Source: Phoronis australis (Eukaryota; Animalia; Phoronida). From it: a DNA stretch of 64,000 bases. The notes beneath the pieces are model-generated. The model was not told where the DNA came from. It saw nothing but the letters and a program-made list of their open reading frames with translations, and did no database searches. A program made the translations under genes and the position numbers. The stretch is taken from contig NMRA01000265.1 of the NCBI GenBank assembly GCA_002633005.1, forward strand, positions 426,906 through 490,905. The letters run 5' to 3'. Below are positions 24,701 through 37,288 of this stretch, one piece after another (within the stretch, counting starts at the first letter, position 1; each line of letters begins with the position of its first letter).

Positions 24701-26292
24701 TATCGAAAATAAGATTTTATTTATTAAGTATTTTCTGATACTGGAGCCACATTGTCAAATTAAGATAAGGACTTTGAGAAATAAATGCACGCGTTGATTA
24801 ACCAAAACTACGCGTTGATTAAGCAACACTACGTTGTTGATTAAGTGCATTTCAAGGTACTCGTTTCAGAGCCCTTTGGCGTTTCATAAAAAGTGAGGTA
24901 AGTTGCACTAGTGCAAGATGTTCTAGGGTAGGGTGTGTGTGGACGGGACTAAAGCTCTTTCATTATAGAAACAACTCCCCAGATAAACCACAAGACATAA
25001 CTTGTTATGAATAATATTTAGACTAAGTGTGGCTAGTAGGCAACTGCTTCCAATTTTTTGACTAACTCATTTATCAAGTTGTCTTAGGGATCTGAAGTCT
25101 GAGGGTTCTCAGAGTATAAAATTAACGTATTGAACCAGTTAATAATAGCCCAGTAGGCGTGCACAGCACCACAAGTAGTCTTACTGTGTAATAAGTGATT
25201 GCAATAAGTTATCTTTGAATGAATATTTAGCAAATGCCGTATAATATGCCAATTCAAATAAATTAAATGGACTGTAAATGAGAAAATTCCAGCAAAGCGG
25301 TGTATACTTTAAATGCCTGGTTTGCACCATGTGTGGCAATCTGTAATTTTTTAATCATAGACTATAGCGAGTATCTCTGATTTAATTGTGGTTTTGGAGA
25401 CTTCTGGAAAGAGTTGTGGGATACCATTTTTATTGAGGATATCTTGAGTGACGCCCCAGATTATTGAAAGAATGGCACAAGCACCTCGTGCACGTGCGGA
25501 AAATGGCAAGTTTACACTGCACGTCACTACACGTTCAAAGTAAAATAAAATAAAATAAATATGAAGCAGTATATTCAGTAAACCTCTTGGAAATTTCGTC
25601 AAAATCCCGAGGCTTGCCGAGAGATTTTGAAGAAATTTCCAAAAGGTTTTGCCCATGTCATAAATCTGAGACGAGTGTAGGATTTGTTTTCTCACATGAA
25701 CCGCAAAAACGATCTTTTTTGCCGAAAAACTTGACGTGTCTAAAGATTTCAACCAACTTTTGTAAAAACATGCTTGCGCAATGTAAAGTAATACAGTTAT
25801 TTTTTATTTATTTTGATAGTTTTATTTTAAGCTTACCAATTGTAAACTGCATTCAGCTTTCGTAACAAATATTCAAGTTAGAATCTAATAAATAGTCTTT
25901 GAAGTTGTGATATTAAAAAACAAATAATGTTTGTAAATAACAGTCAACAAGGCTTCGCCGCGCGTGACCTTCAGACAGCATAGCTAGACAGCCTCGCCAC
26001 GTTTCTAGAGTTGGGGCATGTCTCCGTTTGAATAAACGTGGTAATATAATATGGGATTCGCCGCCCAATTGGGCGAATTGGGCCAAAAGGTCCGCCTCAG
26101 TGAAACAAAATGTCCGAATAAACGAGATAAAAGCCCACGAAGTGCACAGGAATCCGGCGTGGATGCACGATTGGCACACCTTAACCTATTAACCTGTATT
26201 TTTTAGTCCTCGTTGATTTTTTTCCAGTAAAAGGTCCGCATACCGAAGAATTCGAGCCCCCCCCCTTGTATTTTAGCCTGGGTGCGCGCATG

Positions 26293-27043
26293 GAGCCCGA
26301 GTGGATTTTGGAGAATTATCGCCCGAGGGACGCTAGCCCCGAGGGTCATAATTCTCCAAAATCCACGAGGGCTCTAGATAAGGGGGGTAACGACTGAGAA
26401 CGTGTAATAATCTATTTGTACCACCTACTGAACGGGAAACATTGCAATGAATCGATCTACCTTTCTCGACTCGCCTCGGCTTTGTAACTACTTTCTATGT
26501 CAAAGGCCCGAGGTAGTGACCTTTTAAGAAAGCCGAGATATTTTGTCAAATAATGCTTTTACTCAAAACCAATTGAAATTTTAAACAAAATAGAAATAAA
26601 GTGATTCTATAAATTAAGGTTTAGCATCTACAATGGCTTACTACACACATTATCACGCTAATAATATCGTTTGCTAAAGTAGGTTACCACTGGTAAATGA
26701 GTATAATGCTCAAGTGAAAGGATCCAGACGACACGAAAACCGCATTCAAATTGAAGATCGGTGATTTACAAGTGAGAGAACATGAGAGAAAAAATTCACT
26801 GAATTAAAATATCGTTTTTATGGAAATTATGCGTCTTATTTTTCATAGCGTATAAATGTCGGTACAATGCCCTTTGTTGAAGAAGAAATTGTTGCCCGTG
26901 CTATTTTCACTTTTGATGACGTTAGCCGCTGAGTGGTGCAGTGGTAAATTCGACGACCCGAAACTCTTGCAGCCCGGGTTCGAAACCACCAAAATGAGGT
27001 AACTAAATGGGTTATTACATTCGAGGCTAATATTGTGGTATAA
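26293..27043. mobile_element. Dispersed repeat (copy 2, uninterrupted, inverted relative to 13243-16180)
   Basis: Reverse-complement similarity along its whole length, ending attcgaggctaatattgtggtataag. Confidence 0.85.
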
Positions 27044-29084
27044 GCGGTGTTATTATCCAGGTCATGTGAGAAAAAATATCACCGATGGTCGCCATTCCGA
27101 CAATTAGATAATGGTAATATACAAAAAGTTTTAGTTTGTCCTATTTTACGGCTCGATTTTGTGACCGTCCCAAAATTAAACTCAAGCTGGCATTCGAAAG
27201 TTTTAATGGAGCTACGCTGAGTCGAATCTCCCTCCTCCAATCTCATAAGAAATTTGTGCATACTGGATTGGCTTGGCATTTTCAGATTTACTGTGAATGA
27301 TGTGATTAGGAATGGTACTTATTTATTGTTAACCTGTTTTTGAATAAATTATGGTTTGTTGCCTCCCCCCCTGATCAACCGGATAGGCTTGCCTTGGGCG
27401 TAAATGCAAAAAACGCACTTTGAATGCAATTATTTCAGACTGTAGGCGTGCTTTATGTGTGGGCAACACTTGCATGTGATTCATATTTTGTGTTTTTTTG
27501 TAGAAAAGAAATAAACTGCGTTCCTTCAGCTCATACCCTGCCTGAGGAGGCAAAAAGGAGGAAGAACTGTTGATTGTCACCCAGTGGACATTCGATAAGG
27601 TCATTGTGTGAAACGGGATGCCCAAGGGTAATTGTCTTACCTGAACAGAGCTCAGTATAAACTGTGGAATTCATTAATCCGGTGAATACATGTGCCTAAA
27701 TGGAAATTATGAAACTTTAACGCAGGGTTTTATCGTTTTGGTTTTCTCATACGAAGGAATCAGGTTGCCGAAGAAGACCAGTTGTCCAAGTGAGTCAGTA
27801 CTCAATACTTCATATAGGAGGTTGATGATGGTTGACATTTACAAGATTTCCAATTCATACCTTTTCTTGTATGCTCAACCACGGATTACGGGTTAACCTA
27901 GTGTACGTATAGAGTATCTCTCGAAGCACTTGCATACAACGAGGAAGATGTTACCAGTGGCAATGTTTTCCTGAAGCAACCGATGTCTGAATGAGATTTA
28001 GTCTAGGCCTACTTGCACATTTAAATATCTGAAGATTTTCAGAGTGAATTCTCGTGGGCATTTGTTTGTCGTGTATTGCATCACAAATCAGATATCAAAG
28101 GGTTGATTAATTCATGCCTTGCATTAACCTACACTGCATTAGCACTATCACAAGTGTTAGCAGGGTCCAAACTAGCCTAGATCTTCACCTAATTCAACCG
28201 GGATTGTAGAAAGCGAGGGAGTGGGTGCGGGTGGAGCGGGAGGTGATAGAGCGGAGAGGACGTGTTGCTCTAGTAATATGTAAGCTACTGGAAGGAAAAA
28301 CTTAAAAAGTTGCAGCAAAACAGCTTGAGGCAAGGTGAACATGGAAAATATACAACAAAACTGTAACAGGGAAGAGATACCAAGGTCAATAGCGCGATGG
28401 ACTAAAATAATCATCTAAATGATTCATGAGCCAAACCACCAGATGATGAAAATCACTTACAGACTGCAGCGCAACGAAGACCAACCGTCAGAGACACAAA
28501 TGTACTATACATCATTTCCCTAAGTCAAATTTAATATTGCCTCAAGTGTGTTACGAATTATTTTGAACACATTTCGGTACGGTAACAAATGACGGTAGTA
28601 GACAAATTTGGAGTCGTTAAAGAAGTATGCCACCCAAAAACAACTTATTTTGTATCAATTTAGATCGAGTAGTTCTACTCGATAACGGCACGTTCGGTTG
28701 CGTTTCCTGACACCTGACGGCAGACGGAGGTGTTGAAATTATCCAATGACGTCATTGGTTTCATACGCAGTCTTATCGCTTGAATTCATCGTTTAACACC
28801 AATAAATCATCAAACTTCGATGTAAAGCCTTAAAAATACACCGATTTCTTATAAAAACGTGTTGCTTTATTTCGCTGTTACGGATTTATTGGTATTTGGA
28901 CACACCGTAGCCTACAAAGTTCGGCAGGTCAATTTACCAAGGTCAGTAGCAGGAGTTTGGGGGTCCGTTCGGAGATAAATTCGAAGTATTCTTCTGTGAA
29001 ATACCGACAGGCAAGAACCTTAATCTGCGTTGTTTAGACTTGTGATTCTTTGAGTTCTAAACACACAAAACGCCTGTGATCCCG

Positions 29085-29185
29085 GCAAGTGGCTCAGAAC
29101 CCAATCAGGCCCGTCGCGGCCGGACTGACTCGTTATTCTGGCCAGAGGCTCGGAACCCGATCAGGCCCGTCGCGTCCGTACTGAA
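29085..29185 (+). repeat. Two-copy ~58-bp tandem duplication
   Basis: ggctc.gaaccc.atcaggcccgtcgcg.ccg.actga occurs twice. Confidence 0.85.
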
Positions 29186-29721
29186 GACATCACGAACATA
29201 AACCAGCCAAAGATGGAACTAAACTTCCAGTCAAGAAAATACTATACTATTGAGCCAAAGAAGTAATGTGCACGTGATTATGTTGGTGAAGTAGCCACGA
29301 AACTGCAAATCTACTTACTCGTCGGGGGCCGCGAATTCAGGTTCCCCTTTGGCCACAGCACAGTCGGGGCAGAAGTTGTACATTGGCAATCATTATTTGA
29401 GTAATGTATATGTAAATAAAGATTCCCCTAACACCTGGCCATGGGATAGAAAATCACGTTATTGTTTCACAACAGTTTCTGTCTGCAAACACTGAATTAG
29501 CATGCGGCCTCAGTTTCGGGTCAATTAGTTTTAGTGCACATAAAGCCGGTAACGCAGTGATTTATTCATTGCTGGCTTCTCAAATCATTTGCACTTACGA
29601 TTACTCCAAAGGCATTACAAATTGCATCTAATGAGACAAACTTTGTTTCAGTTTTGTATAAGTATTGGTTAGGGTATGAATAATTCATTTTGACACGGAA
29701 CTCTCAGTAATAAACGTTAAA

Positions 29722-30147
29722 ATGGCAACTCGCAATTCCGATTTGGAGGAGTACTCATCTGACGAAGACTTCACAGGTAGATCGTTAGGTTTCTCAGGAT
29801 ATCAGTTTGAACCAAAATACACTGATCAAGAAATATTAGAGAAACGCCGTGAACGTGCACACACAATGGAGCATATGGATAGTTCCGAAAACCATCTCAA
29901 TGACTTGTCCTGGTGTCAGTGCGCTAACTGCACCATAACAGACTCGGAAACTAATGACGCTTGCGTTTGTTGCCACGAAATTCAACATGTGAAACGTCTT
30001 CTTGGAGAAGCAGGAATGTGTCTCACGGATTACCCTGATTTTGTCACCGCATCTGAACAGAGGTGTGCTCACGACATTTTTAGGGCTGGGAAAAGAACTG
30101 GCGAAAACATCCTACACCCAGAGGACAAACGGAAGTCTGACGAACAA
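29722..30147 (+). pseudogene. KolX / P2X7 intracellular-domain-like protein, first exon (frameshifted)
   Basis: Acidic N-terminus, GYQFEP, WCQCANC, CVCCHEI, CLTDYPDF. After a frameshift near 30052 it continues LNRGVL...TN to a GTAAGT donor at 30148. Later exons are missing. Confidence 0.8.
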
Positions 30148-30184
30148 GTAAGTGGTCATATAACATACTCACACCCAGCCTAAC

Positions 30185-30490
30185 ATATAGGGGTAGGCCT
30201 GCCGAACGCAAAACACACTAGGCATAGCAACTGACTTCAACCTCGATCGCCCTGGCATGAGCTGTTTGGCAAGCCGGGATTCGTCAGTGAAATCACTGTC
30301 CCCGAAATGCCGACCACAGACTCGGAGATGTTTCACGGCCTCGTACTTGGCATGAACGTCGTACTTTTCAGTTTTCACTGCCGCGAGCCACTTTCGAAGA
30401 ATTTCGGGCTCTCGAGGAAATCTAAAAAACGATGTACCCGCTTTCCTCGCAGCTTCATAGTTCGCACAAGCGGGAACGAAACATCACACC
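30185..30490 (-). pseudogene. THAP zinc-finger domain (Kolobok transposase N-terminus), truncated
   Basis: CFVPAC...SFFRFP...RKWLAAV...LRVCGRHF...RLKSVAMPSVF, with an in-frame TGA just upstream of the first Cys. Confidence 0.85.
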
Positions 30491-31524
30491 GTGGAGGCAC
30501 TCACTCTGCAGGTGAAACACTGACGTCGCTGCGGATTTTTTCACCTTCTTCACAGGCTAACGCGACACCTCTCGGCAGGGTAAGTTCGACCTTGTACGAG
30601 CCGATGTAGCCACAGACCGATTAAGATGGCAAAAAAGACTAATAAAATCGGGAGGCATTGTCCTTTAAGGGAGAGAACAATTAAGAAGCAACTATTATGC
30701 ACACGGAATTTAATTCTACGGAAAATAGGAGCACATTACGCTACTTTATGTAGTGAAGAGCATCACGATTTGAATGAAAAATGCAGCGCGGGAATTTCAG
30801 TCTACTTTTATTTGAAATTTTTGAGAAGGTACGGTGGGATATTTTCATTAGTCTACTTTTGTGCATAAAACATGTGCATAAACCTGAAGTATATAAGGCG
30901 GGTAGACCAGGGTCTTTGATACCAAACTTTACTTGAGACTCGACTCGAAACTAGACGAATCGCGTACTAATCTTCGAGTACCTTTTCTAATTTCATGCAA
31001 TGTGATTGGACACATTTTTTAATCGAGTCTCGAGTTAAATTTGGTGGTTGCGGGCCTGAAACTCTCGGCGAACTGAATATGGCAATTCGCGAGGCTACAG
31101 AACGGGTGACACCAGGTGTGACCGGAGGATAACTTCCGAAATATTCTCCAATAACCTGTAGGTAACAGAGACATTTATTTGAGTGTCGTGTTTTTAAACA
31201 ATGTGAATACAACACTAAATTTCCACACAACACACCTATTGTGATTCTCACATCAATTGCCTTGTTATCTGATAACCACTTACATTCCACCGCGACCCCC
31301 AGAAATTATTCCGTCAGTAGCTAATCACCGAAAAATACAGTAACTGCGTTCTGAATCCCATCCATCTAGGAAACGCGTGCATTAAAGGTCTGATGGGGTT
31401 TGATATTAACTGAAACAATGTAAAGCATTGGCTTATAGTCTGTACTGAGGGTCTGCTGCCGAAGTTTTTCCGTTTAAAATACATCAGGTTTTTCTGCCGC
31501 ACCCTTTAATGTATGTATATCATT

Positions 31525-31730
31525 GCTGCAACAGAAACAGTAGCAACAACAGGGGCAGCAACAGCGGGGGTAGCAACAACATGTGCAGCAACAACAGGGG
31601 CAGCAACAACAAGGGCAGCAACAACAGGGGCAGCAACAACGGGGGCAGCAACAACAGGGGCAGCGACAACAGGGGCAGCAACAACACTGCTAAAGTAGCG
31701 GCAGCAGCAGTGGCAGCAGCAGCAGCGGCA
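31525..31730 (+). repeat. 15-bp minisatellite (gcaacaacaggggca)n with (GCA)n tail
   Basis: Directly visible; it produces the NNRGS, ATTGA and poly-L ORFs. Confidence 0.9.
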
Positions 31731-32202
31731 CCAAAAGTTACGTAGATGTCCAGTGCACCTGCATGCAAAAATGTATTTTATAAATACATTCTGACTTACT
31801 TATTGTGTTATGGGTTGTTGGGATCATTTTGGCTTACATATTATCTTTACTGTACTGAGATCACTTCAGAATTATCTTGTTTGGCACAACCCTCAACTGC
31901 CTTGAACGTTGAAGCGCATGCGTCCAGTTAAGAGATGACATTGAGATACCTTATGGACGTGTAACAACAAGGACAAGATCGGTGTTGGTTGGAATCAATT
32001 AAGCGATTAGCATTGTGTAAAAATGGCAAAACTCTGATCGAGATGACCTAGCATAATTTATGTAATGATGGTCAAGTAATAAGGTGGACGTTACCACTCG
32101 GCAAAGCACGTCTTACTGGGAATAGACCTAGACGCAGCTCACTTTCCATAATATAGAAAATGTGACCTTGGACCTTTGATGTAAACAAAACAATGGGGAT
32201 TT

Positions 32203-32204
<2 letters not shown>

Positions 32205-32271
<67 letters not shown>
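32205..32271 (+). repeat. (AT)n microsatellite
   Basis: Directly visible. Confidence 0.98.
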
Positions 32272-32275
<4 letters not shown>

Positions 32276-34864
32276 TGGCCTCCATCCAACTATCAAATAC
32301 AATACAGGTAAGTGTCAAACACTAACACTTGAATGTGAAAAGGACATGTTGACTACATAACATAGTCTAGAGTCTGTTGAATTTTGTAACACTGAGTTTA
32401 TTGTAGCTCCATGCATTTTTTACGAGTTTTCGCATTCCATGCCTCTTTAACAGACCCTTGATATTCGCAGTTAAGAACCACGTGGCGCTAATTAGGTCGA
32501 GCGTAACTCAAAGAAATCAGGTTAGCGGGGAGGAGAATCCTCCTGGTGATCAGCAGACACATTTGATTCTTCATCGTAATCAAAAGACTAACTCACCGTA
32601 TTGTAAAACAAAATAAAACAAAAGGGTTCATCCCTAAACGTAAATCAAAACGGCTTTCCATTATGCCACTGGATGACGCTTTAATGATAAAAAAACAAAA
32701 CAAAAAAGGACAGGCCAGAGCCTTTAAAGGCGATATTGATTTGTTCTGACAGACATGTCGTTTGTTGGGTGTTGTCACTACATACAAACAAGAAGCAGCA
32801 AAATCATGAATAGCAGACCCGTGACGGGTCTCGTTTGGTTTGGTTTCAACTACAGACTGCAATGGTTTCTAAATTGAAGATATACCCTGATTCTAATCTA
32901 GTCCCTTATTCATCGCTTCCGTGCTCATTTGTCCTGCCTCACGACTCGTGGAAAAAATATCTATCACGTTTCTAACAGTTACTAGAACCTAGCATCAACA
33001 GTTACCAGAAAACCGAAACCGAACGCAGCTGTTTTGTTGCATTTCCGCGGGTGCATCTTCTCCCAACTTAACTTATTTTTTTACGAGAAATTCAATTTCA
33101 GAGACCAAACAATTCAAATTATCATCACTTTTAGTCCGCGATATATAAATTTATATTAGTTATTGTTTTACTGCCGTGAGTCCATGGCTAATGCTGTGAT
33201 TGCTTTACTCCACACAATAGGACCTTTCATCAAAATTCCTGATTAACAAGCCTCTGTACGACAGCGGAAATCGTACATATTTGTTGACGAAGTTCAACAA
33301 TTGTTGCCGTGAAACGACAAAGTTTCTAATGTCGATGCGGCACAGGATCTTGAACCGGCGTATTGATTGTCTTATCTTTTAATTTTCAATTGCTCGGTAA
33401 TCGCTCGAACAATGTAATTTGATGACGTAAAGCAGGATAAATCACATTTAGCAGCTTAGCGGTATGGATCTGAACAGATGGCCTCTGACGAGAGTCGAGC
33501 CTCTGCAGCAAAGCATGACCACGTCTAGTTACTGTTCTAAATATGAAAATATGATGTTCTTTGGTCTTTGGTTTATATCTTCACTACCACCCTGTTATCG
33601 TAGTCGTCATTTTAACCGTAAACCTTTATATAGAAAGCTTGAGACGCTAAACGCAATGAGCCGCCATAGGCAACTCGTACGCTAACACTATTTGGTCGCA
33701 AGTGGACGAGATTGCGTGCATTCCTCACCACACTGTCTTCAGGGAATTTCTCGGCACATTAAAGAGTTCCCACCATGCATTTTCCTATTTCTTGAGATTC
33801 CAGTCAGCTAATATGAAATGAATAACATGAAATCTAACTAAATAGGCACTTTTTATACCAAATTGTCACGAATTTTTTAATGTTGAAGAAAAATTAATTA
33901 TTTCCAAGATTCTCGTCAAATGATTTAATGGATGGAAGAAGTTTGGTCACTTGACAATCGATCGTAATGGCGGAACACAGCTGATCAGAAGACAAGGACG
34001 CTTTTGAGCGAGAATTAGACAATTAGAATGCAGACACAGGAGAGTGGATACGGGCATCACAGTCAAATATATGAAGAATCAGACAATGAATTCGATTTCC
34101 CACTTTGGGAACTCTCGTCCACTTTGACGCTGTATAAACTCGCCCACTTGCACGGCTACAGACATACGTGAGCCATAACCAATTGAAGCAAGGGGTGGTC
34201 AGTATTCACAAAATAGAAACTTAATAATCACTGACAAAGGCCACAGTAAACCTGGGCCACTCGTATTCACTATAAATTGCTATGATGGAAAGAGCATGGT
34301 CAAAGCACAATGAATAAGCCTACGTGTCGTAGCGATCGATCTGGGCCGGGGTCGGGGGCCTGGCATCTCTCGCCCTAGAATAGAAGCAGTTCAGGGCCGT
34401 AGCCAGCATTGAGCGGGGGGCGGTTCGAATTTCTAGAACGGTGGAACTTTGATATTTTGCAAACGTCGACACCATAGAGTTTTCGGTAAAGCCTTTGACG
34501 CAGCTTAATTGGGAGGAAGGAAAATCTGTAGCCTATACGCAACAATGACTCTCAGCTCTATGCCGGTTCCTGAGATGAGACGGATTTGTAATACCAGAAA
34601 TGAGGATGCTGTGACGGTTGCTCGCAAGAAACGGGACTTCAATTCAGATGTGATGTGGTCCAGAAAGAGAACGTTCTCGCACTACCTTCTACAAAAATTT
34701 CAAATCAGGCGTGCTTAAATGAGTGATTAGGCCTACACCTCTTTACTCGGACGGAAATATGAAGTTTAGTTGGAGAATGATCACTTGACGAAATTGTTTA
34801 TCTGGTTGCATTTTTACGTGTTACTTAAGTAGCTTACATCGCTGGAAATGGGAACAGCCCAGCA

Positions 34865-35615
34865 TTTCAAAGGTTCACTTCTCCGAAGGTTCACTATTCC
34901 GAAGGTTCACTATTTTGAAGATTCGCTACTCCGAAGGTTCACTGCTCCGAAGGTTCACTGCTTCGAAAGTACTTAAACTTTCAGGCTTAGGTGTAATGTT
35001 GATACTTTTACATGCAAAAATAAACGACACCGGTTATTAGATGCATTGAGTGGTGTACCTATACCGAAAACAACGCGCGGGTACTAAGACACTTTGTTTG
35101 GATTACATGCGCATGTGAAATTGCCCGTATGTCTCAATACGGAAAACTCAACAAGTGCTTACATTTTTAAAAGAATATGAAGAAGGAATATTGATGAACT
35201 ACAATGTATCAATCACGATACATTCATCAAATCCATGTCAAGATTACATCGCGACGCGACTGAAAATTTAGGCCGCTGCGCCTCAACCTCACGCAAGGAA
35301 CCGCGCGCACGGCCGGCTGAAAACCAAATGTAGTTAATAGGTCATCCTGTCCCTGCCAGTCTTCACGAAGTCAGACTTCTTAAATATAAAGCCCGTTGGT
35401 CGCCGCAGCCCTGACCGCTGCCTCAGATGTTGTCCATGCTTGAGAACTTATGAGTCGTGAGCAGACAATCAGAGTAACTGTCGGAGTTCTGGTTTCGTAA
35501 TAGTGGAAATTCGAAGTTTAGTGAATTTTCGAAGGTAGCAAACCTTCGAAGAAGGGAACCTTTGGAGAAGTGGACCTTCGGAGTAGTGGGCCTTCGGCGG
35601 CATATTGACATGTAA
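34865..35615. repeat. Inverted pair of 16-bp tandem arrays (gaaggttcactactcc)n, likely a MITE with subterminal repeats
   Basis: Array at 34865-34970 and its reverse-complement array at 35520-35600. Confidence 0.65.
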
Positions 35616-36562
35616 CCTTGGAAAACTTTTCCATCAAGTCTGTTGCTTGTACAAAGTCTACGGGGCTGTACACCATTGACACTGATTGAAAAGAGAAGAC
35701 TTTCTTCATTGACCAAAGTTAATGTCTAGGCCCACTTTTCCCTAATAAAGTGAAAAATGCTCGACGGGGTTTTCTCACTGCAAGAAATCAGGGTAGCTGA
35801 ATGTCTACAATGAACTTAGCGTCAGCGTGTACTGAATCAAAAAGACCGGAAACGCACACATGTGTACACGCATGCATTAAAATCCACCAATCCACAGTCA
35901 AAATGGACACTGGATGAACAACATATCTGCGTATTTGACGATCACTTTCAACTCAAAATTTGAAAATGCCTGCACTTAACCGTTATGTGCTAGCAATTAA
36001 ACCAAAAATAGCAGAATAACAAATTTCAAAGTTCTGCTGCTTTGTTTCTTGGTCGATTTTAAGGCATTCACGCCGCACTAGTTTTGGGAGCTCTCTCGTT
36101 ACTTTTTTGCTTACTTAGGTCATAGGGCTGGAGCTCTATGCCTAGGCATAGACTTTAGACTTCCTCTTACTATCCTTTGGTGTAGCTACCACGCACGTTC
36201 AATGCTAATGAATAACAGAAAGCCTCTTCTTATCGTCTGCACGAACTTTCATCTACATAAACACCACTCGGGCGAAGCTGATCTGGTACGGCCCGATGTC
36301 ACTTGAAGCGCTTTGAATCAGAAGCAAATTCAAAATCATCCCTAACTCAGTTATCTTTGTAGTTACATGTAGTAGCACCAGTAGGTGCAACAATTTTGTT
36401 GTTGTGCCCGTCTATATGCTATCTTTAGCGGATATGCTGGGGCTGGACCTTTTCCGCAGGGGGGATTGTTCGGTCGAGCCCCCCGAACCTACCGCCCTGG
36501 CCATGGACCTTCAGTTTGCTCGTTATTTATAAAAAAATCAAGTACACAAGGTAGCCAGTCTT

Positions 36563-36796
36563 TCATCGTATCGCCGCTTTTTGTATTTGGTCGAAACACG
36601 ATTCCTTGAAATGTGCTGAACAAAGTATGGCTTCCGACTGAATCGCATGTTTGGCACGGTTAATATCCCACACTCTCGTGCGGCGCACAAATCGATGCCA
36701 TTTCAGTGCAACTGTCACGTATTTAAGAAATTTGAACACAGATACATTCTCAGTCAAGTTGTTGTTACCACAGCCTCCACAAACGCACCTTTTCAT
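36563..36796 (-). pseudogene. THAP zinc-finger domain, truncated
   Basis: MKRCVCGGCGN...VSVFKF...KWHRFVRRTR...LCSAHFKESCF followed by a premature stop. Confidence 0.85.
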
Positions 36797-37288
36797 GTCT
36801 GAAAAGGCGGCTCCTCAGTATCGCACTGGTAAAATCAAAAATGGCGGAGACGGTCTTCTACCCATTACGTACAACCCTGATAACAGATTTTTAAAAATAA
36901 TTTTGGCTTGTTTTTTAGCAACTGGTATACTAAAGGATATCAAATCTTTTAAGACATATTAATAAAATTCTTTTTGAGACACAGGGTCATGGTAGGAATT
37001 CTTTAAAGACTTCAGGGCGCCATCAGACACGTAAGCTTATCGCTATTCATGAGCTTGGCCGAACGTGTATTAGATGAGATAATTGTGGACGTAATTAACG
37101 CGCCTGTTTAGCTACTAGTTTCAAAGTCAATAACCAACAATAAGTAAAGCAAACAACCATATTAGCTGTGTTCAAATTTTTAACATCGGTGCATTATAGG
37201 AGAAGTATACGTTTTCTTCAGCAGCGCGGGTGAGCCACTCGCATTAATTAACTTTTATTATAGCACGAGTTAGTCACACACAGTTTGG

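Larger units (their letters stand above)
28621..30664. mobile_element. Kolobok DNA transposon, internally deleted
   Basis: TTAA|agaagtatgccaccc ... gggaggcattgtcct|TTAA (11 of 15 TIR match). Encloses convergent KolX-like and THAP gene fragments. Confidence 0.8.
33763..37002. mobile_element. Kolobok DNA transposon, degraded
   Basis: TTAA|agagttcccaccatg ... catggtaggaattct|TTAA (13 of 15 TIR match). Minus-strand THAP near the right end; decayed acidic ORF start (atggcggaa at 33967) near the left end. Confidence 0.75.

Noticed and set aside
13243-27043. One 14-kb element bounded by giant inverted repeats
   Set aside because: The two copies are diverged and differ by indels, and no outer TSD is seen. 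Independent insertions are the simpler explanation.
29722-30183. P2X purinoceptor 7 host gene
   Set aside because: Only the Cys-rich tail-like domain is present; it is frameshifted and enclosed by Kolobok termini.
31509-31768. NNRGS, ATTGA (antifreeze- or mucin-like) and Leu-rich ORFs
   Set aside because: Open in several frames only because of a 15-bp minisatellite; no splice or domain context.
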